A DNA stretch of 64,000 bases from Dudresnaya verticillata (taxonomy: Eukaryota). This document shows positions 11,601-25,421 of this stretch, piece after piece. How positions within the stretch are numbered: the stretch's first letter is position 1; each line of letters starts with the position of its first letter. The notes below the pieces were generated by a model. The model made no database searches. It was not told the DNA's origin and worked only from the letters and a program-made list of their open reading frames with translations. A program made the position numbers and the translations under genes. The stretch covers positions 1,240,001-1,304,000 of the forward strand of contig OZ374557.1 in NCBI GenBank assembly GCA_977862235.1, read 5' to 3'.

Positions 11601-13402
11601 GTAAGTTGTATCATACGCTCCGACGGGAATACTATTGGCCATCGATTCCAGCGGACTGCTATGCGACTGTCCGCAACTGCGTAACCTGCGCTAAGAATCG
11701 CGTATTGCTGCGAAAGAACACCAAGCAATTGAAGTTGTTCCCCGCAACCGAGCCTCTCGAATTCGTATCGATCGACATCCTGGGCGAACTCATACGCACG
11801 AAGCGAGGAAACAAGTTCCAACTCGTCATTGTGGACCGCTTCTTGAAGCTGTTCCGGACGGTCCCACTGCGTAGTATTACGGCATTGGAAATCGCTAAGG
11901 CGTTTGTACGACATGGGGTCTTCGTATAGGGTCCTCCCAAGAAACTGTTGTCCGACAACGGACCACAGTTTGTGGCTAAGCTGTTTCAGGATATCTGCCG
12001 TCTTTTGGGAGTGGAGAATATCTTCACCACGACGTACCATCCGCAATGCAATGGCCAGGTAGAACGATTCAATCGAACTATCCTGGCCTCGCTGCGTCAC
12101 TACGTTGCGGATCACCCGAGAGACTGGGACCTGTTCACGGATGCCTTGACGTTCGCATACAACACACAGTTGCATTCGTCTACGCATCTCGTTCCGTTTG
12201 AATTGGTGCTGTCTAAGCCACCACGGCCACTGTCGCTCGAAGCGGAACCGTCGCTCGAAAGCGTACCCACCGCAGGGCAATACTATACCAAGTGGCGAAC
12301 CTGGCTGGCCGCACTGATGGGAACCGCTAAAGCGTCGTTACAGAAAACTCAAGCACGTTACAAACGAAACTTCGATACCCGATTAAGGGAATCGAAGGAA
12401 GCAATCGCCGTAGGCGACTTCGTATTCGTACGTAAGGAATACTTCGCCCGAGGCGGGAGCACGGATCGCGCAGAGCGTAAGAATAAGCTGGCGCCAGTGG
12501 CGGACGGACCATACCGTGTAACTCACGTTGATAACGAGACGGTAACCGTCGACAAGGGACGTGATGAGCGGGAACGTTTGTCCCGAGACCGTGTGGTCTG
12601 GGCGCCGACCCCACCGGGTCAGGCAGCCCCTCCAATCGTCGTACCACCAGGCCCGCCGGAGGAGCAAGAAGCAGTCACCCCCACGTCACAAGACGAAGGG
12701 ACGACTACCCCAAGCACGCCACCAGCGGACCCGGAGGGGGACGCAGAGACTTCGCATACTGTGGGAGATCCGCAAGAGCGTACGATCACAGCGTCACGCA
12801 GTCGTGGGTTGGCAGAGCTTTCGCCCTTCGCCGCCGATCCCGACGACCGCGCTTCGCAATCCGTCTCCAACGACGACAATACCCCAGGGGTTCACACCCG
12901 TTTGGAACACATCGCTACGGCACTGCCGGATGAGAACAATGAATCCGCTGAAAGCGCGTCCAACAACGAAGACGTCAACCGTGCAAGCACGAAGCAAGGC
13001 GCTGCAAGCGATGGACTCATCCCAAGACGCAGCAACCCACTTACCGCTGATCGAGCGTCCGAGGCCCAAGGCCAACGCCTTCGGCGATCAACTCGTCGAG
13101 TACGTTTCGCCGAACCGGAACAGACGCACATCACGCAACGAGACAAACCGCCAAAGGCGCTGGACAGGTCCACGTCCAAGCCGAACTCTGTGAGCGGAAG
13201 AGAATACGTGATTGAACGCATCGAGTCGCACGCGTACGCGGATGATGATGAGATCCTCTACCGCGTCAAGTGTTTTGGATACCCCGCTTCAGCGAACACC
13301 TGGGAGCCAGTCTCCAGTTTGCCGCGATCCCAAGTCACACGGTACCACCGTCGAAAACGTACGCAGCTGCCGCCAAACGTCGACGACGCGCAGCGCGGCT
13401 AA
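8620..13402 (+). pseudogene. pol: pol of A1 (protease, RT, RNase H, integrase, chromodomain), disrupted
   Basis: VLDTGAG protease; LRFCVDYRRLN, MPFGL and YLDD in RT; DAS..GFWSRSL..YSVSEKECLA in RNase H; DNG/YHPQCNGQVER in integrase; C-terminal EYVIERIESH..YRVK.FGY..NTWEP chromodomain. Confidence 0.95.
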
Positions 13403-14935
13403 CACTAATCCGGAAATACCGCTGGAAGCGAATGGACGGACGATCCATACCGCGTGCTCGACCTACGATCGCCAAGGGCGAGGAAGCTCAACCCATAGCC
13501 TGTGGACGCGGCCTCCAGAGCGACAGCACCAAACACGTATACACGCCAGGGACGAACGCGGACGCAAGTCGTTGCGTCATAGACAGCCTCGCGCACGCCA
13601 CCTCGCAGCAACCCCCATACGGAACCTCTGGATGGGTGCGCTGTTGACAGTGGATCCAGATCGCAAATCGAGATCCGCCGCCCGAGGCCCTCGGGAAATA
13701 GGAGGCAGTAATTGGTCAAATTTTAATTTCCAAACACGGCAGCGCGCACCACCCCGCCGTCAACGCACGACGAACGCAATCATGCCAAGTGTCTGAGTAG
13801 GTGCTACGAGCCCCAGCGACGACAGGCGCAAGTGGCAGCGCACAACAACCATCTCCGACGTCGAGACGCGCTCTCGCCCCACGGCCAAGTCCCTGGGACC
13901 GCCACCCTGCCGGCCACAGTCTCGCGCGAAAGCACCCGTCGAACGTCTCCGACGTAACTCGCCGAAGAAGGGGCGTCCCGACAAACCCACCCCCGAAGGG
14001 GGGGAAGGTGATTGAAGACGCAGTTGCTGTGGGTTCCGTGCACGACGCACTAACAAATCGCCAACGACTTCGCCGCTACCCGCGGCCGCCGCGTCTCAGT
14101 CGCGCGAGCGCGACCGACAACTCTACCCTACCCCCAAGGAGGAACGTCGAAGACGAAATAGGCGTCAACACCTACCTCACCGCCTTCGCGACCCTCGTCG
14201 AGGAAGACGAAAAACCACGCCCAAGGCGCAGTGCGACACATGCATTAGAAGAACGCTAAGTAAGCGGAAATACGCCAACGCCGCGCGTGAAACACGAAGA
14301 ACAACGCTACTACAGCGGACCCTACCGGGCAAACACAGCCAAGTGCCAACGCACGGCTAAGGCCAATGGCATCAAACGCCAACGCTACTGTAGCGGACCA
14401 TCACGAACACGACGCAAAGTCGAAGTGGGACCACAAGTCACACCTTAAGACCAACGCGAAACGCGACACGGGAAGACGCTGACAATGGCCGAAGTTTACG
14501 GGGCTTAAAACAGACGGAGACAAACCCTCACCCTCCTTAACAAACAACCATTACAGCTACACTAATCGTCAATGACGACGAGAATAACGCCTCAGGCGCA
14601 CTACACAACGCTAACGCAGCGAGCAACGAGGGGAAGTACAACGCCCCGAGCACGTCGCCAAGACGAGACAAACATTTCGCTAACGCACCCGCAAGACTCG
14701 TCGGCGACGACGCGACGGCCGCAGCGGACGAAAACAAACTACGTTACCAAACGATGCAGTTTATTGGGCTAAGCAACGGGGAACCCCCGCCCCCAAACTC
14801 TAAGCCACGGCAGCTAACGCCGCAGGACATTCCACATTATTCGTCAACGACGTATGATCCCCTACCTACCGACTCCGCAAGGGAGCCGACAAATTACCAC
14901 AATGCTCACCACCGCCTTTTACGACGCCGACTACG

Positions 14936-16460
14936 TCACGTCGCAGGCGGTTTTGCTGAGCCCACCGCACCATCGCCCTCGGCGGACTCCCTCAATGCCT
15001 CTTCATAGAGGTCATCTTCCGTCACCGACGGCACACCCACAGCAGTAGCTGGGACGGACCGCAAAGGCACCGCCACCACTGTCGCTGAAGGAGTATCACG
15101 CGCCGCTGGCGAAGCGCCCGACTCACCACCTGCCTTAGACGGCGAAGCCTCTTTGGCTTTGACAACCGCTGATGGCGTAGAACCAAGTCGATCACTCGCC
15201 TCCGGCGCTGCCACGACAATATCCACCACAGGCGATGAAGAAACAACCTCCGCCATAGGCGCAGAGCTCAAGTTATCGTTCGCCTTAGGCGCGGGCACAG
15301 CCCCATCCGCTTTAAGCGTAGTCAACGACTCGTAGACCGCCTTGGGCGTCAGTTCAGAAACCGCCTTGATGGGCGTCGCCTCTTCACTCGCCTTCGGCGT
15401 TGTTAATCCGACACCCGTCAATGACGCAGGAGCACCTAGCCCCTTTGCAACCGTCAACGACGCTATAGCGGCATTCGCTTCGCTCGCCGCAGGCGGTACA
15501 GTCATACTCACGTCTTTAGACGCCGGACCATTCGCCTTAGGCGACGAAGGCTTCTCTGCCACACCGTCCTTCGACGCAGAACCTACGACACTAGTCGACT
15601 TCGGCGCGGGCCCACCCTGAGGTGGGACCGCAGCCGACAAATATTGGCTCATCTACTCAGTGGGTGAGCCGTTCAGACCGCTAGTAGCGACGCCTGCCGC
15701 CTGCAATAACGCAAGCACGGTGCAGCGCTGCTCTTCGGTCCAAACCAGCACCGAAGCTGGACTCCCAGAACCGTCTGCGACGTTTGATACTTCGCCTTGA
15801 GGCGTCACGGTCAGCGGAGCCGACTCCAATATTGGCGTCGCCATAACGGCATAGCCATCATCGTCAGTGACGGGAGCCGCAAGGTCAAGAGGCGCAACAG
15901 CTGGCAGGCCAGCTGGCACTCCACCGCCACCGACAGCACCTCCGAGCAAAGCCGAAGACGCGGGCGCAGGCTCGGCAGTCGACTCAACCGCCATAGGCGT
16001 ACCGAAATCCGTCCCAGACGGGTTCTCCGGTCCGCCATCGGCGTTAAACGCACCCTCCTTGGTCATTAAGGCACTCAAATGCAGAGGAAAATCACCGACA
16101 AAGTCGCAGCTCTTACGCAAACCACGCGGGTGATTACCCGGGGTGAAGCGGTCCGTTTTGCGATGGCGTTCCGCAACGTTCTTTGTCGTACGACGCTTAG
16201 TCCACGGATTATAATGGATCCAATCGCCACAGGCGGAGTGAGTCCGACTCATCGCGAATCGCGGACGGTTCGCCTTACGGCGGTTGTTCGCATACGGCAC
16301 CATTGCCGGGTCGTTCCAATCGATCTCATCCGCCACAGCGCGCAGGTTCCAGAACTCCTCGGCGTTCCGGGACCCGCCAAATATTTCGACCAAGTCGAGG
16401 CTGCCAAGCTGAGCCACCACACGCGGGGGTAGGTGGTACATACGACGGGCCGCAATCTCG
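14936..16460 (-). pseudogene. Antisense accessory ORF of family A in copy 1; 5'-truncated, one in-frame stop at 15653
   Basis: ORFs 15653..16591 and 14936..15652 are in frame and align to the 624-aa ORF at 34569..36443. Confidence 0.85.
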
Positions 16461-16469
16461 GGGGAGCTC

Positions 16470-17161
16470 TGTAATACAGTGAAGGGCTTACAGAAGTGGG
16501 CCCTCTGCCCGCGTGCATGCGCTGAAATAGCGTTACCTATAGGGCGCCAGCAGGGACAAGACGGGTAGCCTATGATTGGTCCAAGTGTCACCCTGCAGGT
16601 CAGTAGCTTAGTATCTGCCTATTTATTTTAGAAATTGTAGCTTAGGATAGGGGGCGTGTATATAGCCCAGTATGAGAGGTGCTGCCTGATAGTCGGAGTA
16701 CCATATAAGGGTATCTCCCGTAGCGGTCACTGTACAGTAAAGGTAAGCACCTTACGGCCCCAAATACGTCTCCAAGCTATCGGCACCGCAGCACACTTGT
16801 CACCCGTGCCCGGTTAACCGCCCGCCCAGTGAACTACCTTCAGTATCGTGCTTCCAATCAGGTTACGTGCCCTCGTCTACCCTCTGGGTTCCTACCGCTC
16901 TACCACCGCTAGCAGGTACCCGCCTTGTGGCTTTCTCATTGAGTGCACTCTTTGAGTTCACAAGAGACCTAAAAGGCACTTCTTTACAGGTGCCACCCTG
17001 ATTTGTATACCAGGGCGGCACCAACAGGGCCGATTTCACCATGGGTCCAGAGCACTAGGGTCTGGCCCATACGGACCGGACGATCGGTGCGACCCTGACG
17101 TCTATATCAGGGCGGCACCGCAGCGGCTCCGAAGGTAAGCGGGAAAGAAGCCTGTGCCACA
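16470..17161 (+). mobile_element. LTR-like segment related to the element-D LTR; truncates A1 (right end uncertain)
   Basis: Starts TGTAATACAGTGAA versus TGTGGTACAATGAA in the D LTR. Shares TAGCTTAGRATAGGG and TAAGCACCTTACG. Candidate end is ...TGCCACA; no TSD seen. Confidence 0.45.
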
Positions 17162-18479
17162 CAACCTTCGGTCCTTAATCTGCCTCTAGCCCTAGTCCTT
17201 TACAGTTTTCCGGCACCGATTCCATTGCGATCTACCACCACTACTGTTGCGGAGTCCGTCCCTGCCCTTGTATCACCCCCTTGTCGGTCGCTTCCTAATA
17301 CCCGTTACGGTTAGCCACTCGCTGTTTCCCCCTGTCGTTGCGAACTGCTCAACCACCCCGTGGAGGTAGTATCGCTCTCGTCATGTGAAAGGAAGTATCG
17401 CCAGCTGTCCATTACGGAAGTAGGTGTGTTCTCACTACACGGCACAAAGCGTAAAACGTTTGTCATAACTGAGATCCCCCGACACCACTTGTGAGACCTT
17501 AAGCCCCACAGAGTACAGAACCGCCGGAAGTAGTTCTCCACAACTATTCTGTCGGAGCTGAGATTGCGATTCTGAACCTGCTCCCGGTGAGCATACCACC
17601 CTTAGGCTTCTTTTTCGGTACAATCGCGCGCGATTCCTCGTAAGCACCTCGATATCCCTTGTCCATTATAACGGCCCAAATATCCGGAGACTCGTGGGCC
17701 ATCCGCTCAATGTTTGAAATATCCTTCTACCAAACGGTTTTGCCGAGCGCCACCCAGTGCCACTTCAAATTATTTCGAGAGATAATCTGGGCGCAAAAGG
17801 GCGAGAGCGTGACGTGTTTGCGTGATAACTGCAATTTTCCGCAATTTCTAGGTCTTTCCGCTTCCAGTTGTGCCGTTCAGTATTTACTCAGCATATTACC
17901 ATTGAACTTCAAATTATGAAAAGGATGCGTATTTATTGCAAATAAATCTTCTTGCGCAATAGGTATGTAATTAGTTGATCAGTCTATCTACTGGAATCGG
18001 ACTATAGTATATTGATACTTTACGGAGTAAAATAGTTCCCGTTCAGTTGTTGTACTAAAGTGTCGCCCGCGTAGGACCACCTTAAACAACCCGTTAAAAA
18101 TTGAATCATTATTAAAGGCCCGACTAGTGTACTAGGTCTTTATCAAAAATAGAGAGGAAAAAATCGAAAGATCCAATACAATCACGTAAAAATGGCCAAC
18201 AAATTGTAATAGACCAGGGCGCCACGTGATTATTGCTCAGCACTGTAATCCACAAGACAACCACACGAAGGCCAATAATTTGAAAACATGCATGTACAGT
18301 GGTGGAGATCACAGTATATTCAAAAAGCCCGCTCTGCGCGATAAGAGGATCGCGCGGCTTCCCAAACGACCCACCCTTTTCTGTCTAAAGTGTGTGATCG
18401 CGCCGCACGAGCTCCCCACACACAACGCCCGACTAACGATTGTCGCACCAGCAAAACCCAAACCCTTTCAACCTGTCCC

Positions 18480-19640
18480 GACCCAACACGCCCCACAATA
18501 GCAGCGACATATTCGTCAGAAGACGCCGCGCAAGCAGCACGCTTTCTCGCAGATGCAGCCGCTGGACGTGAAGAAGACATCGCAACATACCCTGCCACCC
18601 CAATACAAGATGCCTCCGACGACGAGAACGACTCATCATGCCCACTCCTCGGCGCATTCTACGAGCGTGGTGGGGCTGAGTCAATTCTTGGGATCACCAA
18701 TTTCGATCCTGCTCATTTTGAATCATTGTGGACTCATTTCTCGGACCATGTTAATTCAACCTACAACACCGGGAGGGGCCGCAAGTTCCCACACTCGCCA
18801 AAGGACATGATTTTATGATTTTGACTGTTCTGAAGACTGGCGGACAGTGGGATACCCTCGCAAGGATGTTCACAATGAAGGGGCTAACATTTGAGAGACA
18901 GATTATCCGCCTCGTCTCACTGAAATCGGACTTCTCCTGCGCTCACTTAGTCGAAGGAATAGAAGAGACGTACTCTATTTCCGTGCTTGATGAGAACAGG
19001 CAACAATTCAGGCATTTTCGTTGTGCACGTTATGCCACTGATGTTAAGTTTCAGCAGTGCTATCGCCCAATTGGAAGCATACAAGAGGGAAAGAAGTAAG
19101 TTTCGGGGAGACATAAGCTATACGGCTAAAAATTGGGAGTTTCAGTGCTCCCAAATGGTCTGTTCATCTAATCTAGTGACCATCATCCCGGTTCTGTTTC
19201 CAACATAGACAGTTTCGTGCGAATGAAGGCTTTTCACAAGCAGGCACTCAAAAACGCGGATTGAGCGCTATGTGTTGGACATGGGTCGACTTGCCGAATA
19301 GTTCCTGGCCTGGGCAATCCTGGTGGATAAGGGCTATCAGGGGGCGCAGGATCTGTAAACGATTCATCCGAGGAAGAATACCGCCCCTGGATTGTTATCT
19401 GTGGCCGACGAGTCGTTCAACAAGAAGGTTTTGGCTGAGAGGATTATTGTCGAAAACGTTTTCGGACGTCATTGTTTTCTTTGGACAGTGCTGGGAAACA
19501 AATGGAAATGGGGAGAAAATAACTACGATATGATGTTTCGGTTGCGCCTGGGACTTACCAATATGCACATACGATGGAACCCCCTGCGTGTTGATGAAAA
19601 CAAATTTCTTTACGAGCTTCTGGCGGACATAAGGTGATCA
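18480..19640 (+). pseudogene. Harbinger/ISL2EU-type DDE_Tnp_4 transposase remnant
   Basis: Fragments YATDVKFQQCYRP, HKLYG, HHPGSVS, ILVDKGYQG and RIIVENVFGR spread across frameshifts. Confidence 0.8.
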
Positions 19641-20740
19641 AAGTGGGACCATCGAACGCCCGCGAGGTACCCAAGCCCGTAGTCTGCTACCGGCTTGTTT
19701 GGGCTCTATTCTCGACTTTTGTCTCTACATTAATCTAGAACTCGTTTGAAGAAATCCTGCAGCTAAGTACGGCATGCGCACATGCGGGTGGGATCAGGGA
19801 CCATGAACATTTCGGTCTCCAATCCCCCAAAGTCCCTGTTGTGGAAATAAGATTTCGGTGCAAGCGCAATGGGTGGGAGGGTGGGAAAGGAAAAGCCCTG
19901 CCCTTCTCGACGGAACAAGGGCGGCAGACCCCAGTATTTAACCCCAAGATACATGACTGGAGTCGCGAGCAACGTTCCCTCGTCCAGGGCGGCGTGCTGT
20001 CGACGGCTGATCGTCGAAGCAGACGCTAGCTTGAAGTACAGCCTGGACGACAGCACATGAGTGCCGCTGACTGATCCGCAGCTTACAACCGAAATCTGGT
20101 TTCACGGGTGATACAGAACCACGAATATGATACAGATCGATTCCCGCGAATCAAAAATCGAAACTACGAAATTCGGGTCAGACAGGCCGCGAAATGCAAA
20201 CAGACACAAGCGCAATACCGCGCGAGGCGTCGCAGGCACGTTGAGTTGCAATTCCGTGGGATCGTTTTCCCAGGGAGGCAGGACGATACCGAGAACTTGC
20301 CGGCTGTGGCAAACTGTGAGTATTTTCCTATTACGTCTTCGTGTTTCTGTTTTTACTTCGTCGTTTTGCGTTTTGTTTAGTCCTTGCGCAGAGGTTGATA
20401 CTGACAATAAATCATCCTACCACTTCTGTGAAGGGGCAAACGTTTTCCATTGACCCACACATTTCTACGGCGCCGGGTGTTTGTGACAAAGATCTACTGT
20501 AGTGTTCATCACCTCTCGTGATCATAGAAACACTCTATAGCATAACCTCAAAAGCAAAACTCAGTGCTGGCCAGCGTACGTTTTTCGGATTTCCTACTCA
20601 TCGCGTCACTTTCAGCGTAGCCGACTACAAAAACTCCGACTACACAAAACAATGTAAGCACAGAAATGAGTACAGAAACTCCATACACCACGTTTTAAAA
20701 CTTTCGAAACGTTGTAAGAAATAATGCAAAACGTCACAAT

Positions 20741-21330
20741 CTATGCACTCTTCTGAAATAGTACCATTTTCGTCTGACTATAACTATATATTCTTTCATT
20801 CTTCCGTTTGACAGCCACTACGATTTGATTTACTGATATGTCTAATCCATCCTTTTCAATACTCTGTCTGCTCCCCAAAGCGTGCCATAGCCTACAGTGG
20901 CATGCACGTTTCGATACGTGTCCATAATACAATCCCTTACGGCGGCTTTTGAAGACTATTACCACCTCCCTCCTTCTCTATAAGCAACAATATCATCACT
21001 GTGAATCACAATCACAATATCGCTTCCTAGTTTTAGACTGTTTCCTTCGGCAATCAGGCTTTATATGGTACTAAATTCCCCTGTGTGCCCTATTTTTGAG
21101 AGGTTTCTCGCATCTGTCTCATCCAACATATTCAAACTTCTCACCCACTCCATGAGTTCCAACCCTCCTCATATAGTCGGCAGGTAGTTTGGAAGTGCCA
21201 TGATTATTGCATTCATTGCCTGACAAGCGTTAGTGGCTCAGAAAATGCTTTCGAAAAGCTTTGAGATGGGCAGTTTACTGCACGTATGAATGAACCAATG
21301 TCTGTATTCTGTGTAGTAGAATAGCTCCTA
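20741..21330 (-). pseudogene. Possible highly decayed MULE C-terminal (SWIM) remnant
   Basis: TNACQAMNAII resembles TNN.ES.N..I, and VSKRACHCRLWHALG resembles the SWIM C-x-C-x2-W pattern. Many stops. Confidence 0.35.
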
Positions 21331-21475
21331 GTCAGGTAGTCGGCAGTGAAACGCCACAACAGCTGCCGAGGGGACACAATACGAACTTCGAGCGGTACCG
21401 CAAAGAAAAGGGATCGTTGTAGAGAGTTATAATGGGTGTGGTATTAAGAAGTAAGGATAAAGGAAAGGCGAACCC

Positions 21476-21918
21476 TGAAACAAACACCTTTTTACTCAAT
21501 GGATCGATGCCCTCCGTCGCCGAAGTGAAGGCCGAGCGACGACTGATAAAGTCCTCCCTGTCTGAGCGACCCGAGGCAGGGTCGCTCAGAGACCCCAAAC
21601 AAAGGGGTGAAGTCCGCCATACATGGCTGACATCCTAAAATACAATTAAAACTGGACGGTGCGACCGCAGGAGGCGCAGATCGGCTTCGCTGATCTGGCC
21701 GGAAATCCCAAATGTCGCCAGAAATAAAAACAAAACAGATAAGCGGCGGCGCGCAGCGCCGCTCCTAGTGCGCTCGAACCCTACCCTCGAGCGCCACCGG
21801 AAGCAAATCGGTGCTGGCCACCCCGCCAGGGCCACTTACGTCAGCCCGACCGCGCCGGCCGGAGTACGAGTACGTATGATAAAAGAAACACGTGGGCTCA
21901 CGTGGCATGACCGTTTCA
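21476..21918 (-). repeat. 3' LTR of C
   Basis: TGAAAC...GTTTCA; about 12 mismatches to 26299-26741 by manual count. Confidence 0.97.
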
Positions 21919-21938
21919 TCCTTCCCACCTTCCCCCCC
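21919..21938 (-). promoter_or_regulatory. Polypurine tract of C
   Basis: Minus strand GGGGGGGAAGGTGGGAAGGA abuts the 3' LTR. Confidence 0.9.
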
Positions 21939-21952
21939 GATTGACGTCCGCG

Positions 21953-24900
21953 TCAATGCAAGTGCGACAGAAGGCCATGCTCGACGATGTAATCCCTGAA
22001 CGCGGTGGTCAAGGTGCCATCTGTATCAACGAAATCCCTTGTAGGTTGCCACTCAGCTTCATGCTGCGGTGTGCCTTTCAGCAGTGTGAGCCATTGGAAA
22101 CCGCGCCCACGCTTGCGATGGGCGAGGATACGCTCGACCTCGAACAACAACGCACCGGAGTCATCAGGCACGGGTTCAGGGCGAGGTACTACTGGTTGAC
22201 TGAAAGCGGGAGGCTGTGTCTTGTGCGGGAAGGTATGCGAAACGTGCACAACGGGATGTAACCTCATATTGGAAGGTAGATCCAAGCGAAGAGCGTTCTT
22301 CCCGACTAACTCCAGAATCTTGAATGGGCCGAAGCGCCTGCTACCCAACTTCTCTGATGAATGCGTCTTAGACACCGCATCCTTAAACAGTCCCCTGCTT
22401 ATCCACACGCTGCCACCTACTTTATACGACGACGGCGAAAGCCTTTGCGCAACGTACGCTGCGTGCCGTGCCTTAGCCAATTGATGCGCAAATCGAGCAT
22501 CCTGAAGCGCACTGTTCATACAAGCGTTAAATTGGGCGACGCTCCCAATTGTCGTGTTCACTGGCAACGACATGTCCAGGGGAGCGCGGGGATTCCAGCC
22601 AAGGTCCACCTCGAACGGTGTGGCTTGTAACTCTTCACTCTTTGCGGAGTTGTAGGCAAATTCCGCCGCTGGTAGAAACGCGTCCCAATCATCCTGTCGC
22701 ATGGAGCAATAGCAGCGTAGGTAGTTCTCAACCATTCGGTTCATGATTTCAGATGTCCCATCTGTCTGAGGATGATGCGTCGAAGACATTTGCAACTTGA
22801 TCCCACAGCGGGACATGAGGTGCTCCCAAAACTTGGAAGTAAACTTTGAGTCTCGGTCAGAAACGATTGCGTCAGGTAGCCCATGGTGTTTGAACACGTT
22901 AGAGAAAAATTCATCGGCTACGTCCACGGCCGTGTCCGTCGTCCCGCTGGGGAGGAAGTGCACCCTTCGAGATAACCTATCTACCCACGTTGTGATGCTG
23001 TCAAACCCTTGCTTAGTGCGGGGAAGTTTGACGATGAAGTCGGTAGCAAGTGACCCCCATCTACGAGCAGGAACATCAAGAGGGGTAGGGACACCCAGCC
23101 TTCTCATGCGGCTGTCCTTCTTTTGCTGGCATGTCTGGCAGCCATCGACGTAACGCTTTACGTCGCGACTCTTGTGCCGCCAATGAAAGCGTTCCAAATG
23201 GCCTAAGGTCTTGGAGAAACCGAAGTGGCCGGAAGTAGAGGCGTCATGTGCGGCGTACAGCACCTCCCTGGCGTCGTTTCGAGGAACACAAATCTTGTTC
23301 TCATACAACAGTCTCCTATTTGCGAACGTAAAGAGCGTGAGCAGCCTTGCTACCCGATCTTCTTGGACCTTGTCCTTCGGTAATTCTCCCTTCAATCCTT
23401 GTACGATAGGGCCAAAGACTTGGTCCGTGTCGTACTCAAGCGTCGCTGGAAGGCCATCCATACTCGACGCAACTACATTGTTGATCATAGTGTCCTGCAT
23501 GACATGCGGGCGCGGGAAAGCACGTCTCCAAGCACATGCACTCGTCCAGGCTTGAGTGTGATATTGCTAATCCCAAATTGCGAGAACAGGTCCATCCAAC
23601 GCGCCTCACGTCGATTGAGAGTGGTCTTTGTGAAAAAGGGCTTTAGAACCTGATTGTCCGTGAACACTTCAAAGGTCATACCCTCCAGGTAGCAACGAAA
23701 GCGCTTGAGGAAGTACACGAGTCCCAAACGTTCGCGCTCATTTGCAGTGTACCTTTGTTCCGCATCGGACAACTTCTTGGAGAAGAACGCAACGGCTCTT
23801 TCGGCTCCATTACAATCTAATTGAGTTAGTGTCCCTCCAACGGCTCTCTGAGATGCGTCAATGTGACAACGGAACGGCTTGCCCCAGTCCGGGGATATCA
23901 GGATCGGGGCAGAGACCAACAGAGCTTTCAGTGTTGCCAAAGACTTGTCGCAATCGGTGTCCCATTTTCCGATCCCGACGCCCTTCTTAGTCAGTGTCGT
24001 AAGCGGGGCAGCAATGCCTGAAAAGTTCTTGATGAAGCGCCTGAAGAACTGTAACAACCCAATGAAACTGCGTATTTCAGTAAGTGAGGTGGGCGTCGGC
24101 CAGTCACGGATAACTTGAACCTTCTCGGGATTGACCCTGATTCCATCCTTGCTCACCAACATCCCCAGGAACTCTGTCTCAGGTTGGAAGAAAGAGCACT
24201 TCTTCGGGGAGACATAAAGTTCTTCAGACTGCAAGCGAGACAGCACTGTTTCAAGGTGCTTCAAATTTTCCTCCTTCGTGCGACTGTAGATCAACAAATC
24301 ATCCATATACACCACCATAAAAACGTCAATACATTCGTGGAACACCTGGTGCGTAAGCGTTTGGAATGTAGCCGGAGCGTTGCACAGACCCATAGGCATG
24401 ACGAGATATTCAAACTGTCCGTACTTAGTGTTGAAGGCGGTTTTCTCAATATCCTCCGGACGGACCCGTATCTGATGGAATCCCGTCTTGAGATCCAGCT
24501 TCGAGAAGTACTGTGCCCCTGCCAAACGGTCGAACATTTCATCCGGGCGTGGCAAGGGGGCGTTGTTTCGTTTTGTAAGGCGATTGAGAGCCCTGTAATC
24601 GACAACGGCCCTCAGTTTTTCCTTGTCCTTCACGAGAAATAAGGAAGCGCTGAAGGGAGATTTGCTCCTCCTGATTTTCCTCTTACGAAGTAGATCCACA
24701 ACGTACTCCTTCACGGCGAGCAACTCGGCCGGAGATAGTTGGTACAACGGCCACAAAGGCGGTTTTGCGCCCTCTTCTATCTCTATTGAGTGGTCGACGG
24801 TCCGCTTTGGGGGAAGTCCCGACGGAAGAGACTCTTAGAAAAAGTCCTCAAAGCGTGACAAAAGATCATCTAGCTGGGGGTCGTGGGACGGCTTGCGTTC

Positions 24901-25421
24901 TTGCTTGGATGGTGTCTTCTGAGTCACCTGGAAAACCTGGAAGTCTTGCCGGTTCCCTTTCTTCCGTAGCATGGACCGAAACTTCTTTACCCCAAGCGAA
25001 GTGATAACTGGACCCTCTTCGCTGTCTTTCTCAATGGGTAAGTTGTCCTCATTAACGACAACCGAATGCTTGGTGTAGTCAATACGGGGTGCAGTTCGCT
25101 TATGCCACGGCATACCAAGTAGAACATCATACCGACAATCTGCCACAACGAAGTTGGAACGATACTTGTGGTTCCCTAACCTCAACTCTGCATCTGTCAC
25201 GAGCTGTGTGGCCTTTTCTACATTACCTTTCTTAGTGTTGCAGCCATCATCCTTCAATATGCGGACGGGAATAGAGTTTAGGAGCCCCTGAAATACGATA
25301 AGCTCCGCAATCGGCACAGCCGATACTTCTGCAGACTTCCTTTGCCTGCGTTCCGTCTGCAGAGAGTGCACTCTTTTCTCAAGTCCTTCAGGAGTGTCTT
25401 TACTGTTCTGCGAAGGACTGA
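21953..25421 (-). pseudogene. pol: pol of C (PR-RT-RH-IN-chromodomain); stop at 24835, frameshift near 23500
   Basis: ORFs 24835..25371, 23485..24756 (VDYRALN, MPMGL, YMDD, DAS) and 21953..23500 (HHCC, SDRD, HPQTDG, GPF, FEVERILAHR..EWQP). Confidence 0.95.

Larger units (their letters stand above)
5028..16460 (+). mobile_element. Ty3/Gypsy LTR retrotransposon, family A copy 1; degenerate, 3' LTR missing
   Basis: 5' LTR, PBS, gag, PR-RT-RH-IN-chromodomain order and a long 3' region. Colinear with the inverted copy at 34510-46755. Confidence 0.95.

Noticed and set aside
11375..12280. Long ORFs antisense to integrase or RT (also 55880..56509 and 24115..24642)
   Set aside because: Typical shadow ORFs of GC-rich pol, with no independent evidence
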